Assembly (NCBI GenBank): GCA_047629435.1 | Contig: JBLHXF010000014.1 | Location: 801 to 64,800, forward strand | DNA from: Yoonia sp. | GTDB taxonomy: Bacteria; Pseudomonadota; Alphaproteobacteria; Rhodobacterales; Rhodobacteraceae | Reading direction: 5' to 3' | Length of the DNA stretch: 64,000 nt | In this document: in pieces, positions 9,615 to 20,168 of the stretch | Position numbering within the stretch: the first letter of the stretch is position 1 | How the letters are laid out: the number at the start of each line of letters is the position of its first letter | Program-made: the position numbers and the translations under genes | Notes under the pieces: model-generated | Database searches by the model: none | Told to the model about the DNA's origin: nothing | Seen by the model: only the letters and a program-made list of their open reading frames with translations

Positions 9615-10793
9615 TCAGATCGCGTCAAGCGCCTGTTTCAGGTCAGCAATCAGATCGACAGGGTCTTCCAGACCGACCGAAAGACGCACAAACCCCATTG
9701 AGATACCCAACATATCTTTTTGCTCCTGCGGGAGCCGCTGATGCGTAGTGGTGGCAGGATGGGTCACAATAGATTTGGCGTCTGCAAAGTTGTTCGAAAT
9801 CGTAAACAACTGCAGCGCATTCAAGAATTTGAAACAGGCATCACGGCCGCCATCAACTTCAAACGCCAACACAGTGCCACCGGATTCTGATTGGGACAAT
9901 GCCAATACCTGCTGAGGGTGATCTGCGTGGATCGGATAACGCACTGACGTAAGCTTTGGATGACCCGCCAAGGCATTTGCGACCTGCACCGAGGCTGCTG
10001 CCTGCGCGCGAACACGCAAATCGATTGTTTCCAATGATTTCAGATGCGTCCATGCGGTAAACGGGTTCATAGCACCACCCGTATGTTTGACATAAGCCTC
10101 AATTGGACCGCGGATCAGGTCACGTGATCCACAAATCGCACCGCCCAACATGCGGCCCTGCCCGTCCACGTGTTTCGTCGTTGAAATAATCGCAATGTCA
10201 GCACCGCAATCGGCAGCATACGAATAGATCGGCGTGGCCATCGCGTCATCCGCCAACACCAATGCGCCAACAGCATGCGCCGCTTTTACAATATGGCGAA
10301 TATCAACCACCTCTAGCGTCGGGTTCGAGATGCTTTCAAAGAATACCACCTTTGTATCAGGCCGAATGGCCGCATCCCAAGCCGCATTGTCAGTGCCGTC
10401 AACAAGCGTGATTTCCACACCAAACCGCGTAAGCACGTCTTCGAGGACATACAAACAAGACCCAAACAGCGCGCGCGACGACACGATATGGTCGCCCGAC
10501 TTCACCAGCGCCATCAACGCACCGCTTACCGCTGCCATGCCAGAATTACAGGCAAAGCAGTCTTCATAGCCCAGCATATCTGCCAAGCGATCTTCGAACA
10601 TGCGCACGGTCGGGTTGCCGTACCGTGCATAAATGAATTCGTCAGCCCCTGCTTTGATGAAACGGGCCTCTGCGGCCTCCGCTGTTTCATAAACAAAGCC
10701 TTGCGTCAGAAATATCGCCTCGGATACCTCGCCATATTGGCTGCGGCGGGTGCCTGTGTGGACGGCTTTGGTGCGTTTGCTCCAGGTGGTCAT
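9615..10793 (-). CDS. metZ: O-succinylhomoserine sulfhydrylase
   Basis: Cys/Met PLP family: YARYGNPT, SGMAA, STTKHVDGQGR, VRLSVGLED; SAM riboswitch upstream. Confidence 0.93.
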   Translation of the reverse strand: MTTWSKRTKAVHTGTRRSQYGEVSEAIFLTQGFVYETAEAAEARFIKAGADEFIYARYGNPTVRMFEDRLADMLGYEDCFACNSGMAAVSGALMALVKSGDHIVSSRALFGSCLYVLEDVLTRFGVEITLVDGTDNAAWDAAIRPDTKVVFFESISNPTLEVVDIRHIVKAAHAVGALVLADDAMATPIYSYAADCGADIAIISTTKHVDGQGRMLGGAICGSRDLIRGPIEAYVKHTGGAMNPFTAWTHLKSLETIDLRVRAQAAASVQVANALAGHPKLTSVRYPIHADHPQQVLALSQSESGGTVLAFEVDGGRDACFKFLNALQLFTISNNFADAKSIVTHPATTTHQRLPQEQKDMLGISMGFVRLSVGLEDPVDLIADLKQALDAI

Positions 10794-10823
10794 TAACTTT
10801 TCTCCAGTTGGCGATTGGCCAAC

Positions 10824-10856
10824 AAAAAACCCCGACACCGATCAAAGGTATCGGGG
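10824..10856 (-). terminator. Intrinsic terminator in the metZ leader
   Basis: Minus strand CCCCGATACC-TTTGATC-GGTGTCGGGG followed by T6. Confidence 0.8.
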
Positions 10857-10871
10857 CTACAACGCCCGTGA

Positions 10872-10927
10872 CCCTTTTTAGCGGCATATTTAACGTGGCC
10901 CGCAATCCGGTAACAAATCGCCACGTC
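10872..10927 (-). ncRNA. SAM-II (SAM-alpha) riboswitch
   Basis: CGTGG-CGATTT-GTTACCG-GATTGC-GGG-CCACG..GCTAAAAAGGG follows the SAM-II pseudoknot pattern and lies upstream of a methionine biosynthesis gene. Confidence 0.92.
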
Positions 10928-10930
10928 TAA

Positions 10931-10959
10931 GTCCTAGACCTGCTGCAGTGCAGCGTCAA
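10931..10959 (-). promoter_or_regulatory. Putative sigma70 promoter of metZ (TTGACG-N17-TAGGAC)
   Basis: Good -35 and 17-nt spacing; the predicted start falls at the 5' end of the riboswitch. Confidence 0.55.
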
Positions 10960-11038
10960 GCAAAGCGGTCGCTGGTCTGTAACGGATCCTTAAATATTTG
11001 GTGGTCTAGGTCTAGTTGGCCTAACCGAAAGCAAAACA

Positions 11039-11362
11039 ATGCAATACCGTCCGCATCGCTACCGCACTGAATTCCCAACCACCATGAAAACACCCTTTGG
11101 TCAGGCCAAGGCCGTGATTAACGATGTGAACGAAACTGGGGCACTAATGGAAACAACGGCACCTCTTGTACGCGGGCATAAAATAGAAATTACGTTTCTA
11201 AACAACCGGATCACTGGGATCGTGCAATGGGCGGCAGACGGGCGCTGCGGTGTCACATTTCGCCCGTTTCTGACAATCGCTCAGGTAGATTCTTTGCGGT
11301 ATAAGCAATCAGGCCATCGCGGTATGCGTCACAGCTCAACTGGTTATGCCGAAATGCGCTAA
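11039..11362 (+). CDS. Stand-alone PilZ-like domain protein
   Basis: N-terminal Arg cluster RPHRYR, DVNETGA (DxSxxG-like), GIVQWAADGRCGVTF beta-barrel signature. Confidence 0.75.
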   Translation: MQYRPHRYRTEFPTTMKTPFGQAKAVINDVNETGALMETTAPLVRGHKIEITFLNNRITGIVQWAADGRCGVTFRPFLTIAQVDSLRYKQSGHRGMRHSSTGYAEMR

Positions 11363-11961
11363 ACTTCTTCGGGCTCAATCAAGTATTTCTGAAGTGCGAC
11401 GATTTGAAACCATAAAAACGCGAAAAGCACGACAGGAAAAGCAAACGTTTCAAGTTTGACCCATAGATCGGTCGACTGCGTGCGCCAGATAAGCTCGTTG
11501 GCGACGGCCAAGCCCAAAAACATAAACGTCAAACGTCGTGTCAAAATCATCCAGCCTTCTTGTTGCATCGGTAGAAAATCTTCCATGATATAACGAAGAT
11601 AACTGCGACCACGAAGCAAACCGAAACCCAAAATTGCAGCAAAGCATCCGTAAACGATGCTGGTTTTCATCTTGAAAAACCGCTCGTCGTTAAACCAAGC
11701 CGTCAGCCCACCAAAAAAGATGACCATAAATGCGGTGAAAACCTGCATGCGACTCAGTTTTCCAGTCAACTGCCAAAGAATACCCATTGAGACCAACAAG
11801 ATCGGGACAAAAACAAGCGTTGCCGTGATGAACCCAGAATATTCAGTGCCACCAACCGTAAACACATCGTCCTTGATCCGCAGGTAAATCAGGAAGAAAA
11901 CCAACGTTGGACCAAGCTCCAGCACCTGTTTTAGTATCGGGTTAATCTGTTTTTCAGACAT
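11359..11961 (-). CDS. yciB: Inner membrane-spanning protein YciB (intracellular septation protein A)
   Basis: LELGPTLVFF, FFKMKTSIVY, W..LT.RL, WVKLETF; five TM segments. Confidence 0.88.
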   Translation of the reverse strand: MSEKQINPILKQVLELGPTLVFFLIYLRIKDDVFTVGGTEYSGFITATLVFVPILLVSMGILWQLTGKLSRMQVFTAFMVIFFGGLTAWFNDERFFKMKTSIVYGCFAAILGFGLLRGRSYLRYIMEDFLPMQQEGWMILTRRLTFMFLGLAVANELIWRTQSTDLWVKLETFAFPVVLFAFLWFQIVALQKYLIEPEEV

Positions 11962-11972
11962 CATGGTCTCCT

Positions 11973-12875
11973 TCATCCGCCCATTTCAACGATCACGGCG
12001 CCAAGTGCAACCAATGCCATCAAAAACAGGCGGCGCGGGCCCACTTTTTCACCCAAAATGAACCAGCCGATCAGGGCTGCGAATACAATTGATGTCTCTC
12101 GCAACACCGCCGCCTCGCCCACTTTATCAAGCCGTGTCGCCAGCATGACGCCGCCAAAACTCACCCATGCGATCAACGCACCTGCAAAACCGCGCCACAT
12201 CAATGGACCAAGCTTAGGCGGTGCGAGCATACGCCGATAGCGGATCGTGGCCAGAATTGGGAAATCTAATGCCGTCACAAAGAAAAACCATGCCAAAAAT
12301 GTAAACGGGTTCAGACTGGACCGAATGCCTTTTGCATCCCAGATTGTGTAAATCGCAACCATCACGCCACCAGCCACCGCCCACGCGATACCGACCTTAA
12401 GGGCACGCAAATCAATCGTTTCTTCCGACAGGTTGCGCAACGCCAAAAGCAAAATACCACCCGACAAACATGCCACGCCAACCCATTGCATCGCCGTAAA
12501 ATGTTCTTGGAAAAAGATGGTCGCCGCGATGACTGTCACGATCGGCCCTGTGCCACGCACAACGGGGTAAACAACTGTATACGCAGCCTTTTCATAGGCC
12601 GCCGCCATTGTATATTTATAGATAAAATGGATCACAACCGCGCCAGCCAGCATCCAGCCAGTAAATGCAGTGGGCCAAGGCACCAAAAACAGGGCCACAG
12701 GTGCAGATATAACTGCCAGCCAGCCATCAATCGCACCGCGCGTAAGCCATGGATCATACCGCCCCTTTTGCAACGCGCCAAATGCGGCGTGCGCAACAGC
12801 AGACATCAATGCCAACGCCGTCGCTAGCTGGGCCCCTTGCGGTGTTCCCGCAAGCTGAACGATCCAGTCACCCAC
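11973..12875 (-). CDS. DMT/EamA family transporter
   Basis: About 10 TM helices in two repeats; VYPVVRG and LRETSIVFAALIG motifs. Confidence 0.88.
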   Translation of the reverse strand: MGDWIVQLAGTPQGAQLATALALMSAVAHAAFGALQKGRYDPWLTRGAIDGWLAVISAPVALFLVPWPTAFTGWMLAGAVVIHFIYKYTMAAAYEKAAYTVVYPVVRGTGPIVTVIAATIFFQEHFTAMQWVGVACLSGGILLLALRNLSEETIDLRALKVGIAWAVAGGVMVAIYTIWDAKGIRSSLNPFTFLAWFFFVTALDFPILATIRYRRMLAPPKLGPLMWRGFAGALIAWVSFGGVMLATRLDKVGEAAVLRETSIVFAALIGWFILGEKVGPRRLFLMALVALGAVIVEMGG

Positions 12876-12889
12876 GTGGCGGTCGGTTG

Positions 12890-14248
<1,359 letters not shown>

Positions 14249-14422
14249 CGTGCGGCCTTTGAAAACTGAACACACGATACCTAGTCGCGATTGCAGGATA
14301 TTAAAAGAGGCCGCAATTTTACGGTGTTATGCAAAAATATGAAACAATTAGTCGCAGTATCAGGCACTGACGTCATAGAGATATCGTGCTACATCCTTCG
14401 AATGTTTCGTTTTTTAAACCCA

Positions 14423-15433
14423 ATGCGCCTTTTCACGCTCGCCACACTTATCCCGATCGCACTGATCGGTGCGGCCGCCGTGTTGGGTGGAGTTTGGATT
14501 TTTGCGAGCCTAATTTACCTCACTATTTTAACCGCCTGTCTGGATGAGGTCGTGCATCATGTCACGCCGCCGACAAAGGACAGCGAATTCCCCGCTGCAA
14601 TGGTTCTATCCATCGTGCTCGGCGTCGTTCACTTTGGACTTGTTGCTTTAGTCGTAAACGCTCTGGCGAATGGAAACAGTGGTTTGGTAGCAAAAATTGG
14701 CCTTTTTATCGCTGCTGGATTTTTCTTTGGCCAAATCAGCAATTCAAACGCGCATGAGCTTATTCATCGCGGAGGCCGCGGCCTGCACCTCTTGGGAAAG
14801 TGGGTATATATTTCGTTGCTCTTCGGGCATCACACGTCTGCCCACGTGCTTGTTCACCATCGGCATGTGGCAACTCGCATGGACCCATCAACATCACGGT
14901 CCGGCGAAAGTTACTACAAATTTGCGGCACGGGCTTGGCGTGGATCATTTCGCAAAGGGTTGGCCGCCGAAACAGAACGCCAGCGCCGCATCGGTGCTCC
15001 AGCTTACCGCCATCCCTATGTCACCTATGTCGGCGGAGCCGCAGGCTTTGTCGCGTTGGCTTGGATGATTGGCGGGCCAGTGGGGGCAGCAATTTACATT
15101 GCACTCGCCACATTTAGCACTTCGCAATTGTTACTTTCCGACTACATCCAGCACTACGGCCTGATGCGGTCAGAGATTGACGGCAAATATGAACCCGTCA
15201 ATGCACGCCATAGCTGGAACAGCCCGCATTGGTTTTCGTCTGCCGTAATGTTGAATGCACCCCGCCATTCGGACCACCACGCGCATCCATCACGGCCCTA
15301 TGACACCCTGATCATTCCAGATGGAAGCCCAACGCTGCCGCGATCATTGCCCGTAATGGCTTGCCTTGCATTAGCGCCCCGTCGTTGGCGTAAAGTCATG
15401 GACCCACTCGCCGCGCGATGGTCCGCCCAGTAA
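14423..15433 (+). CDS. AlkB-like membrane di-iron monooxygenase (fatty-acid desaturase superfamily)
   Basis: His boxes HELIH, HVLVHH, DYIQHYG, RHSDHHAHP; several TM helices. Alternative start at 14402. Confidence 0.85.
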   Translation: MRLFTLATLIPIALIGAAAVLGGVWIFASLIYLTILTACLDEVVHHVTPPTKDSEFPAAMVLSIVLGVVHFGLVALVVNALANGNSGLVAKIGLFIAAGFFFGQISNSNAHELIHRGGRGLHLLGKWVYISLLFGHHTSAHVLVHHRHVATRMDPSTSRSGESYYKFAARAWRGSFRKGLAAETERQRRIGAPAYRHPYVTYVGGAAGFVALAWMIGGPVGAAIYIALATFSTSQLLLSDYIQHYGLMRSEIDGKYEPVNARHSWNSPHWFSSAVMLNAPRHSDHHAHPSRPYDTLIIPDGSPTLPRSLPVMACLALAPRRWRKVMDPLAARWSAQ

Positions 15434-15480
15434 CTCGGATATGACTGGCTAACTGCGGCTATCTTAGGCACCCTAACCAA

Positions 15481-15870
15481 ATGCGATATTTGATCTTCCT
15501 TGTCTTGGCTGCCCCTGCATTTGCAGATGATGCCATGAACGCCACCGAATTTGACGCTTATACTAAGGGTAAAACCATAACGTTTGGCGTTGCTGGAGAT
15601 GACGCTTATGGCATTGAGCAGTACCAAGATAATCAGCGCGTCATTTGGTCATTTCTTGATGGTGAATGCAGTAATGGTGTTTGGTACGAAAGCAAAGGAA
15701 ACATTTGTTTTCGCTATGATTTTGATCCTGATCCGAAATGTTGGAAGTTCTACGACGAACCCAACGGCCTACGCGCAGTTTACATGAACAGGCCTAACAC
15801 TTCCGTGCTTTATGAAGCCCTAGAAAGCGGTAAACCGTTAATTTGCCCAGGGCCAAACTTAGGTTCCTAG
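15481..15870 (+). CDS. Small secreted hypothetical protein
   Basis: 129 aa, signal peptide ending AFA, four Cys. Confidence 0.75.
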   Translation: MRYLIFLVLAAPAFADDAMNATEFDAYTKGKTITFGVAGDDAYGIEQYQDNQRVIWSFLDGECSNGVWYESKGNICFRYDFDPDPKCWKFYDEPNGLRAVYMNRPNTSVLYEALESGKPLICPGPNLGS

Positions 15871-17280
15871 GGTGACGCGCCCATCTGTGAATTCAATCTC
15901 AATGGACTTTGCCGCCTTAGCATCTGCTGTAGCAGTAACAACGGCACCATCACCGCGTACAACGGCATAGCCGCGCTTAAGCGTTTCGACATACCCAAGC
16001 GTTTCACGCAAGCGGTCCAGTGACGCAAGCCGCGCCTCGCGTGCTGTTTGATCGCTTTGCGCACGTGCAGATAACCGCGCCATGACCGCATCAAGCCGCT
16101 CTCGTTTACGCACAACATCGCGAGCAATCACATCTGTACGCAATCCACGCGACACACCCTCAAGCTTATCTTTCGCACGCGCGATCCGCGTTTGTAAAAC
16201 ACTCGGCCGCAGCGGACCGGACGTATCCGACAGCGTCAGTTGTTTGGCCGCAATCGCATGGCGCAGCGCAGTTGGCAAACGATCCGCGATGTTGTCAAAC
16301 CGCTGACGTGGCCCATCAAGCAGGCTATCGCGGTTGGGCAATCCGCGCGACAAATCGCGAAGGCGCTGACCGCGCTGGGTCAATCCATTGCTGAGTGATT
16401 GGCTGAGCCGCGCACCTTGCTGATCGACCCAAGCCATCAATTCTATGCGAACAGGCACAGCCATTTCGGCAGCAGCCGTCGGCGTTGGCGCACGCATGTC
16501 AGATACGAAATCGATCAACGTCGTATCGGTTTCATGCCCAACAGCCGAAATCAGCGGAATGTCAGACGCGGCAACGGCACGGGCAACGATTTCTTCGTTA
16601 AAGCCCCAAAGATCCTCTAGCGACCCACCGCCACGCGCAACGATAATCAAATCCGGTCGCGGCAGCGCCCCACCTGCGGTCATCGCATTAAACCCACGCA
16701 CAGCATTCGCGACCTCGGGCGCACAGCGTTGTCCTTGCACGGCGACGGGCCAAATCAAAACCTTGCGTGGGAACCGGTCGCGCAGGCGGTGCAAGATATC
16801 GCGGATGACGGCACCGGATGGGGACGTCACAACGCCAATGACTTCGGGCAAATATGGCAATTCCTTCTTACGCTCTGGCGCGAACAGCCCTTCGGATGCC
16901 AGTTGCACCTTGCGCTTTTCAAGCATCGCCATCAACGCGCCAACACCCGCAGGCACGACACTTTCGATCACCATCTGATATTTCGATTGGCCAGGGAATG
17001 TCGTCAGCTTACCAGTTGCAATGACCTCCATCCCCTCTTCAGGGCGGGTGGCAAGTGCGGCGGCGCGGCCTTTCCAAATGACGCCAGCCAGCACAGACCG
17101 TTCATCTTTCAGGTCCATATAGATGTGACCAGATGCAGGTCGCGACACGCGTCCCACCTCTCCGCGCACGCGCACATGGGAAAACCCACCTTCAATCGCC
17201 TTTTTCACCGCACCCGAAATCTCGGATACGGAAAACTCTGGCGCGTTGTCGCCTGCGGGATCGTCGTCGAAAAGGTCCAT
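15859..17280 (-). CDS. xseA: Exodeoxyribonuclease VII large subunit
   Basis: VRGEVG..SGHIY, IGVVTSPSGAVIRD, RGGGSLEDLWGFN, SAVGHETD, PTPTAAAE. Confidence 0.97.
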   Translation of the reverse strand: MDLFDDDPAGDNAPEFSVSEISGAVKKAIEGGFSHVRVRGEVGRVSRPASGHIYMDLKDERSVLAGVIWKGRAAALATRPEEGMEVIATGKLTTFPGQSKYQMVIESVVPAGVGALMAMLEKRKVQLASEGLFAPERKKELPYLPEVIGVVTSPSGAVIRDILHRLRDRFPRKVLIWPVAVQGQRCAPEVANAVRGFNAMTAGGALPRPDLIIVARGGGSLEDLWGFNEEIVARAVAASDIPLISAVGHETDTTLIDFVSDMRAPTPTAAAEMAVPVRIELMAWVDQQGARLSQSLSNGLTQRGQRLRDLSRGLPNRDSLLDGPRQRFDNIADRLPTALRHAIAAKQLTLSDTSGPLRPSVLQTRIARAKDKLEGVSRGLRTDVIARDVVRKRERLDAVMARLSARAQSDQTAREARLASLDRLRETLGYVETLKRGYAVVRGDGAVVTATADAKAAKSIEIEFTDGRVTLGT

Positions 17281-17350
17281 GCTGCGCCCTTGTGATCAGC
17301 CTGCGCTAACCTTAGAACGCCAGCAGACGAAGGCCAAGCAGGAGACGACC

Positions 17351-18613
17351 ATGAATATCCTTATTTTGGGCAGCGGTGGGCGCGAACACAGCCTCGCTTG
17401 GGCAATTCAGCAAAATCCGAAATGTGACCGATTGATCGTGGCACCCGGTAACGCTGGAATCGCACAAATTTGCGACTGTGCGGACATCGATATTATGGAT
17501 GGCGATACGGTCGCATCGTTTGCCGAAGAAAACGCCATTGATTTTGTGATCATCGGGCCAGAAGCCCCCCTCGCTGCGGGCGTGGCCGACCGATTGCGTG
17601 ATGCGGGCCTGTTGGTTTTCGGACCTTCCAAGGCCGCAGCAGCACTCGAAGCGTCCAAATCTTTCACAAAAGCGATCTGCGACGCAGCGAATGCCCCAAC
17701 GGCGGGCTATGGCCATTTCCACGACGCAGACGCCGCCAAAGCCTATATCAAGGCGCAAGGCGCACCCATTGTTGTCAAAGCTGACGGGCTTGCCGCAGGC
17801 AAAGGCGTCATCGTCGCGATGACGGAAGCCGAGGCGCTGGACGCAATCGACGATATGTTCGACGGATCATTCGGTGACGCGGGCGCAGAGGTCGTAATCG
17901 AAGAATTCATGGACGGCGAAGAGGCATCATTCTTTGTCCTGTGCGACGGCACCAGCATTTTGCCCATTGGGACCGCTCAAGATCACAAACGGGTTGGCGA
18001 CGGCGACACTGGGCCGAACACAGGCGGTATGGGTGCTTATTCCCCTGCCCCAGTGATGACCGACAACGTAACCAAAAAGGCGATGGATGAAATCATCGGG
18101 CCGTGCATGGACGAGATGCGCAAACGCGGCACACCGTTTGAAGGCGTGCTGTTCGTGGGCTTAATGATCAAAGACGGACAACCACGGTTGGTCGAATACA
18201 ACGTGCGCTTTGGTGATCCCGAATGTCAGACGCTGATGATGCGGCTTGGGGGACAGATCTTGGACCTGTTACAAGCCTGCGCTGAGCACCGCTTGCATGA
18301 CATCAAGGCCAACTGGGCAGACGACCATGCGATCACCATCGTCATGGCGGCCAACGGATATCCGGGTTCTTATGAAAAAGGATCGGTGATCAACGGATTA
18401 GATGCGCTGCCTGCCGACAGTAAGAATATGGTGTTCCACGCAGGCACGACGGAAAAGGGCGGCGCTGTCACAGCAACAGGCGGTCGCGTTCTGGCGGTTA
18501 CAGCACGCGGCGAGACACTATCTGAGGCACGCGACCGGGCTTATGATATGACCAAATCAATCAATTGGCCCCAAGGTTTTTACAGAAACGATATTGGTTG
18601 GCGGGCGCTTTAA
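17351..18613 (+). CDS. purD: Phosphoribosylamine--glycine ligase
   Basis: MNILILGSGGREH, KADGLAAGKGV, GPNTGGMGAYSP, EYNVRFGDPECQ. Confidence 0.98.
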   Translation: MNILILGSGGREHSLAWAIQQNPKCDRLIVAPGNAGIAQICDCADIDIMDGDTVASFAEENAIDFVIIGPEAPLAAGVADRLRDAGLLVFGPSKAAAALEASKSFTKAICDAANAPTAGYGHFHDADAAKAYIKAQGAPIVVKADGLAAGKGVIVAMTEAEALDAIDDMFDGSFGDAGAEVVIEEFMDGEEASFFVLCDGTSILPIGTAQDHKRVGDGDTGPNTGGMGAYSPAPVMTDNVTKKAMDEIIGPCMDEMRKRGTPFEGVLFVGLMIKDGQPRLVEYNVRFGDPECQTLMMRLGGQILDLLQACAEHRLHDIKANWADDHAITIVMAANGYPGSYEKGSVINGLDALPADSKNMVFHAGTTEKGGAVTATGGRVLAVTARGETLSEARDRAYDMTKSINWPQGFYRNDIGWRAL

Positions 18614-18632
18614 ACGCCGTTCGTCCAGAAAC

Positions 18633-18673
18633 AAAAAAGGCCGATGCTGTTGTCAGCATCGGCCCCTTTTTTT
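18633..18673. terminator. Bidirectional intrinsic terminator between purD and carD
   Basis: A6-GGCCGATGCTG-TTGT-CAGCATCGGCC-CC-T tract: perfect 11-bp stem. Confidence 0.9.
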
Positions 18674-18691
18674 ATCAAAAGATAAAGCAAC

Positions 18692-19198
18692 TTATGCCGC
18701 GCGGGCAACAAGCACGCCTGTAATCTCGGCAACTGCCGCGTTTTCGTCGCTACCAGCAACAACAGCGATTTCGCGGGTCAAACGCTCTAACGCGGCTTCG
18801 TACAACTGACGCTCTGAATAGCTTTGCTCGCGCTGGTCGTCTTGACGGTGTAAGTCACGCACAACCTCGGCAATCGCGATCAAATCGCCAGAGTTGATCT
18901 TCTGCTCGTATTCCTGCGCACGGCGCGACCACATGGCTTTCTTAACCTTGGCCTTCCCGCGCAATGTCTTCATCGCGTGAGCAACGACATCAGGGGTCGC
19001 AAGCGACCGCATGCCAACATCGAGAGCTTTATGCGTCGGTACACGCAGGGTCATTTTGTCCTTTTCAAACGCAATGACGAACATTTCCAGCTCGAACCCA
19101 GCAACCTCTTGGGTTTCAACCGATACAACCTTGCCCACGCCGTGGGCTGGGTAGACGACGAAATCGTTCGGGCTAAAGTCTAGTTTCTTCTTACTCAT
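18692..19198 (-). CDS. carD: CarD/CdnL family transcription factor
   Basis: VVYPAHGVG, LRVP, WSRRAQEYEQKINSGD, EVVRDL, SYSERQLYE. Confidence 0.93.
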   Translation of the reverse strand: MSKKKLDFSPNDFVVYPAHGVGKVVSVETQEVAGFELEMFVIAFEKDKMTLRVPTHKALDVGMRSLATPDVVAHAMKTLRGKAKVKKAMWSRRAQEYEQKINSGDLIAIAEVVRDLHRQDDQREQSYSERQLYEAALERLTREIAVVAGSDENAAVAEITGVLVARAA

Positions 19199-19397
19199 GG
19201 TCGTCCTTTCAGGTGACATCGCAGACAAAAAATCCGGCGAGAACAACTTGTTCACGTCGGTGTCTTACGGATCGTCAGCACAGTATTTATTCTAAAACAT
19301 TAAACCTATCATAACACAAAATCGCGCCACAAAAAAGGGGCGCGATCATATCTCATTTTCTATATAAACAAGGGGCTTGCAACCAAAGGGTCGCGAA

Positions 19398-19733
19398 TCA
19401 GCCGCCCTCGCCCGGCTTTTCTGAAAACAGTTCCATCTTGCCTTCTTTGCCGTCCATCTCTTCGGCATTCGGCAGCTGTTCTTTTTTCGTGATGATGACT
19501 GGCCACAGCTCTGAATACTTGCGGTTAAACTCGACCCATTTTTCCATGTCAGGTTCAGTATCAGGGCGGATCGCGTCGGCGGGGCACTCCGGTTCGCACA
19601 CACCGCAGTCGATGCATTCATCAGGGTGAATCACCAGCATGTTTTCACCTTCGTAAAAACAGTCCACAGGGCAGACCTCCACGCAGTCGGTGAATTTACA
19701 GGCAATGCAGTTGTCGTTGACGATATAGGTCAT
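19398..19733 (-). CDS. fdxA: 7Fe ferredoxin FdxA
   Basis: [18 protein letters not shown] and [12 protein letters not shown]. Confidence 0.95.
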   Translation of the reverse strand: MTYIVNDNCIACKFTDCVEVCPVDCFYEGENMLVIHPDECIDCGVCEPECPADAIRPDTEPDMEKWVEFNRKYSELWPVIITKKEQLPNAEEMDGKEGKMELFSEKPGEGG

Positions 19734-19781
19734 AGGCTCATCCGGAAAATTGTCTCGGCCTAGCTAGGCCAACCAGTCGCC

Positions 19782-20168
19782 TCAATCAAGGTCAAACGGG
19801 CCACCATCACGGGGATGAGACAGCATGTCCCGCCGATCCTTCTTAGTGGGGCGTCCTTTTCCCTCAAATTTGGGGTTTTTCGGAACAACAACCCTAGGTG
19901 GCGACATATCGTCGTACAGGGCTTGGGCCTCGGGCGCGGGGCCACGTCGCTTTCCACATGCAAGGATTTTAACGATCCGCACATCGGTTTGTTGGTGAAA
20001 TGTTAGAACGTCTCCTTCACCAACGGCGCGGGCGGGTTTCGCCGCCACATCGCCATTGATCCGCACTTTACTCGTCGTCACAGCGGTAGCAGCGATGGAG
20101 CGCGATTTAAAAAACCGCGCCTGCCATAACCATTTGTCTATCCGGATCGTGTCACGCTTGTCGTTCAA
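19782..20168 (-). CDS. hslR: S4-domain RNA-binding protein (Hsp15/HslR family)
   Basis: RIDKWLWQARFFKSRS, KPAR, GRPTKKDRR. Confidence 0.88.
   Translation of the reverse strand: MNDKRDTIRIDKWLWQARFFKSRSIAATAVTTSKVRINGDVAAKPARAVGEGDVLTFHQQTDVRIVKILACGKRRGPAPEAQALYDDMSPPRVVVPKNPKFEGKGRPTKKDRRDMLSHPRDGGPFDLD

Noticed and set aside
19757-19770. Perfect 14-bp palindrome GGCCTAGCTAGGCC between hslR and fdxA
   Set aside because: Single copy with no recognisable regulator motif; I cannot support a function.
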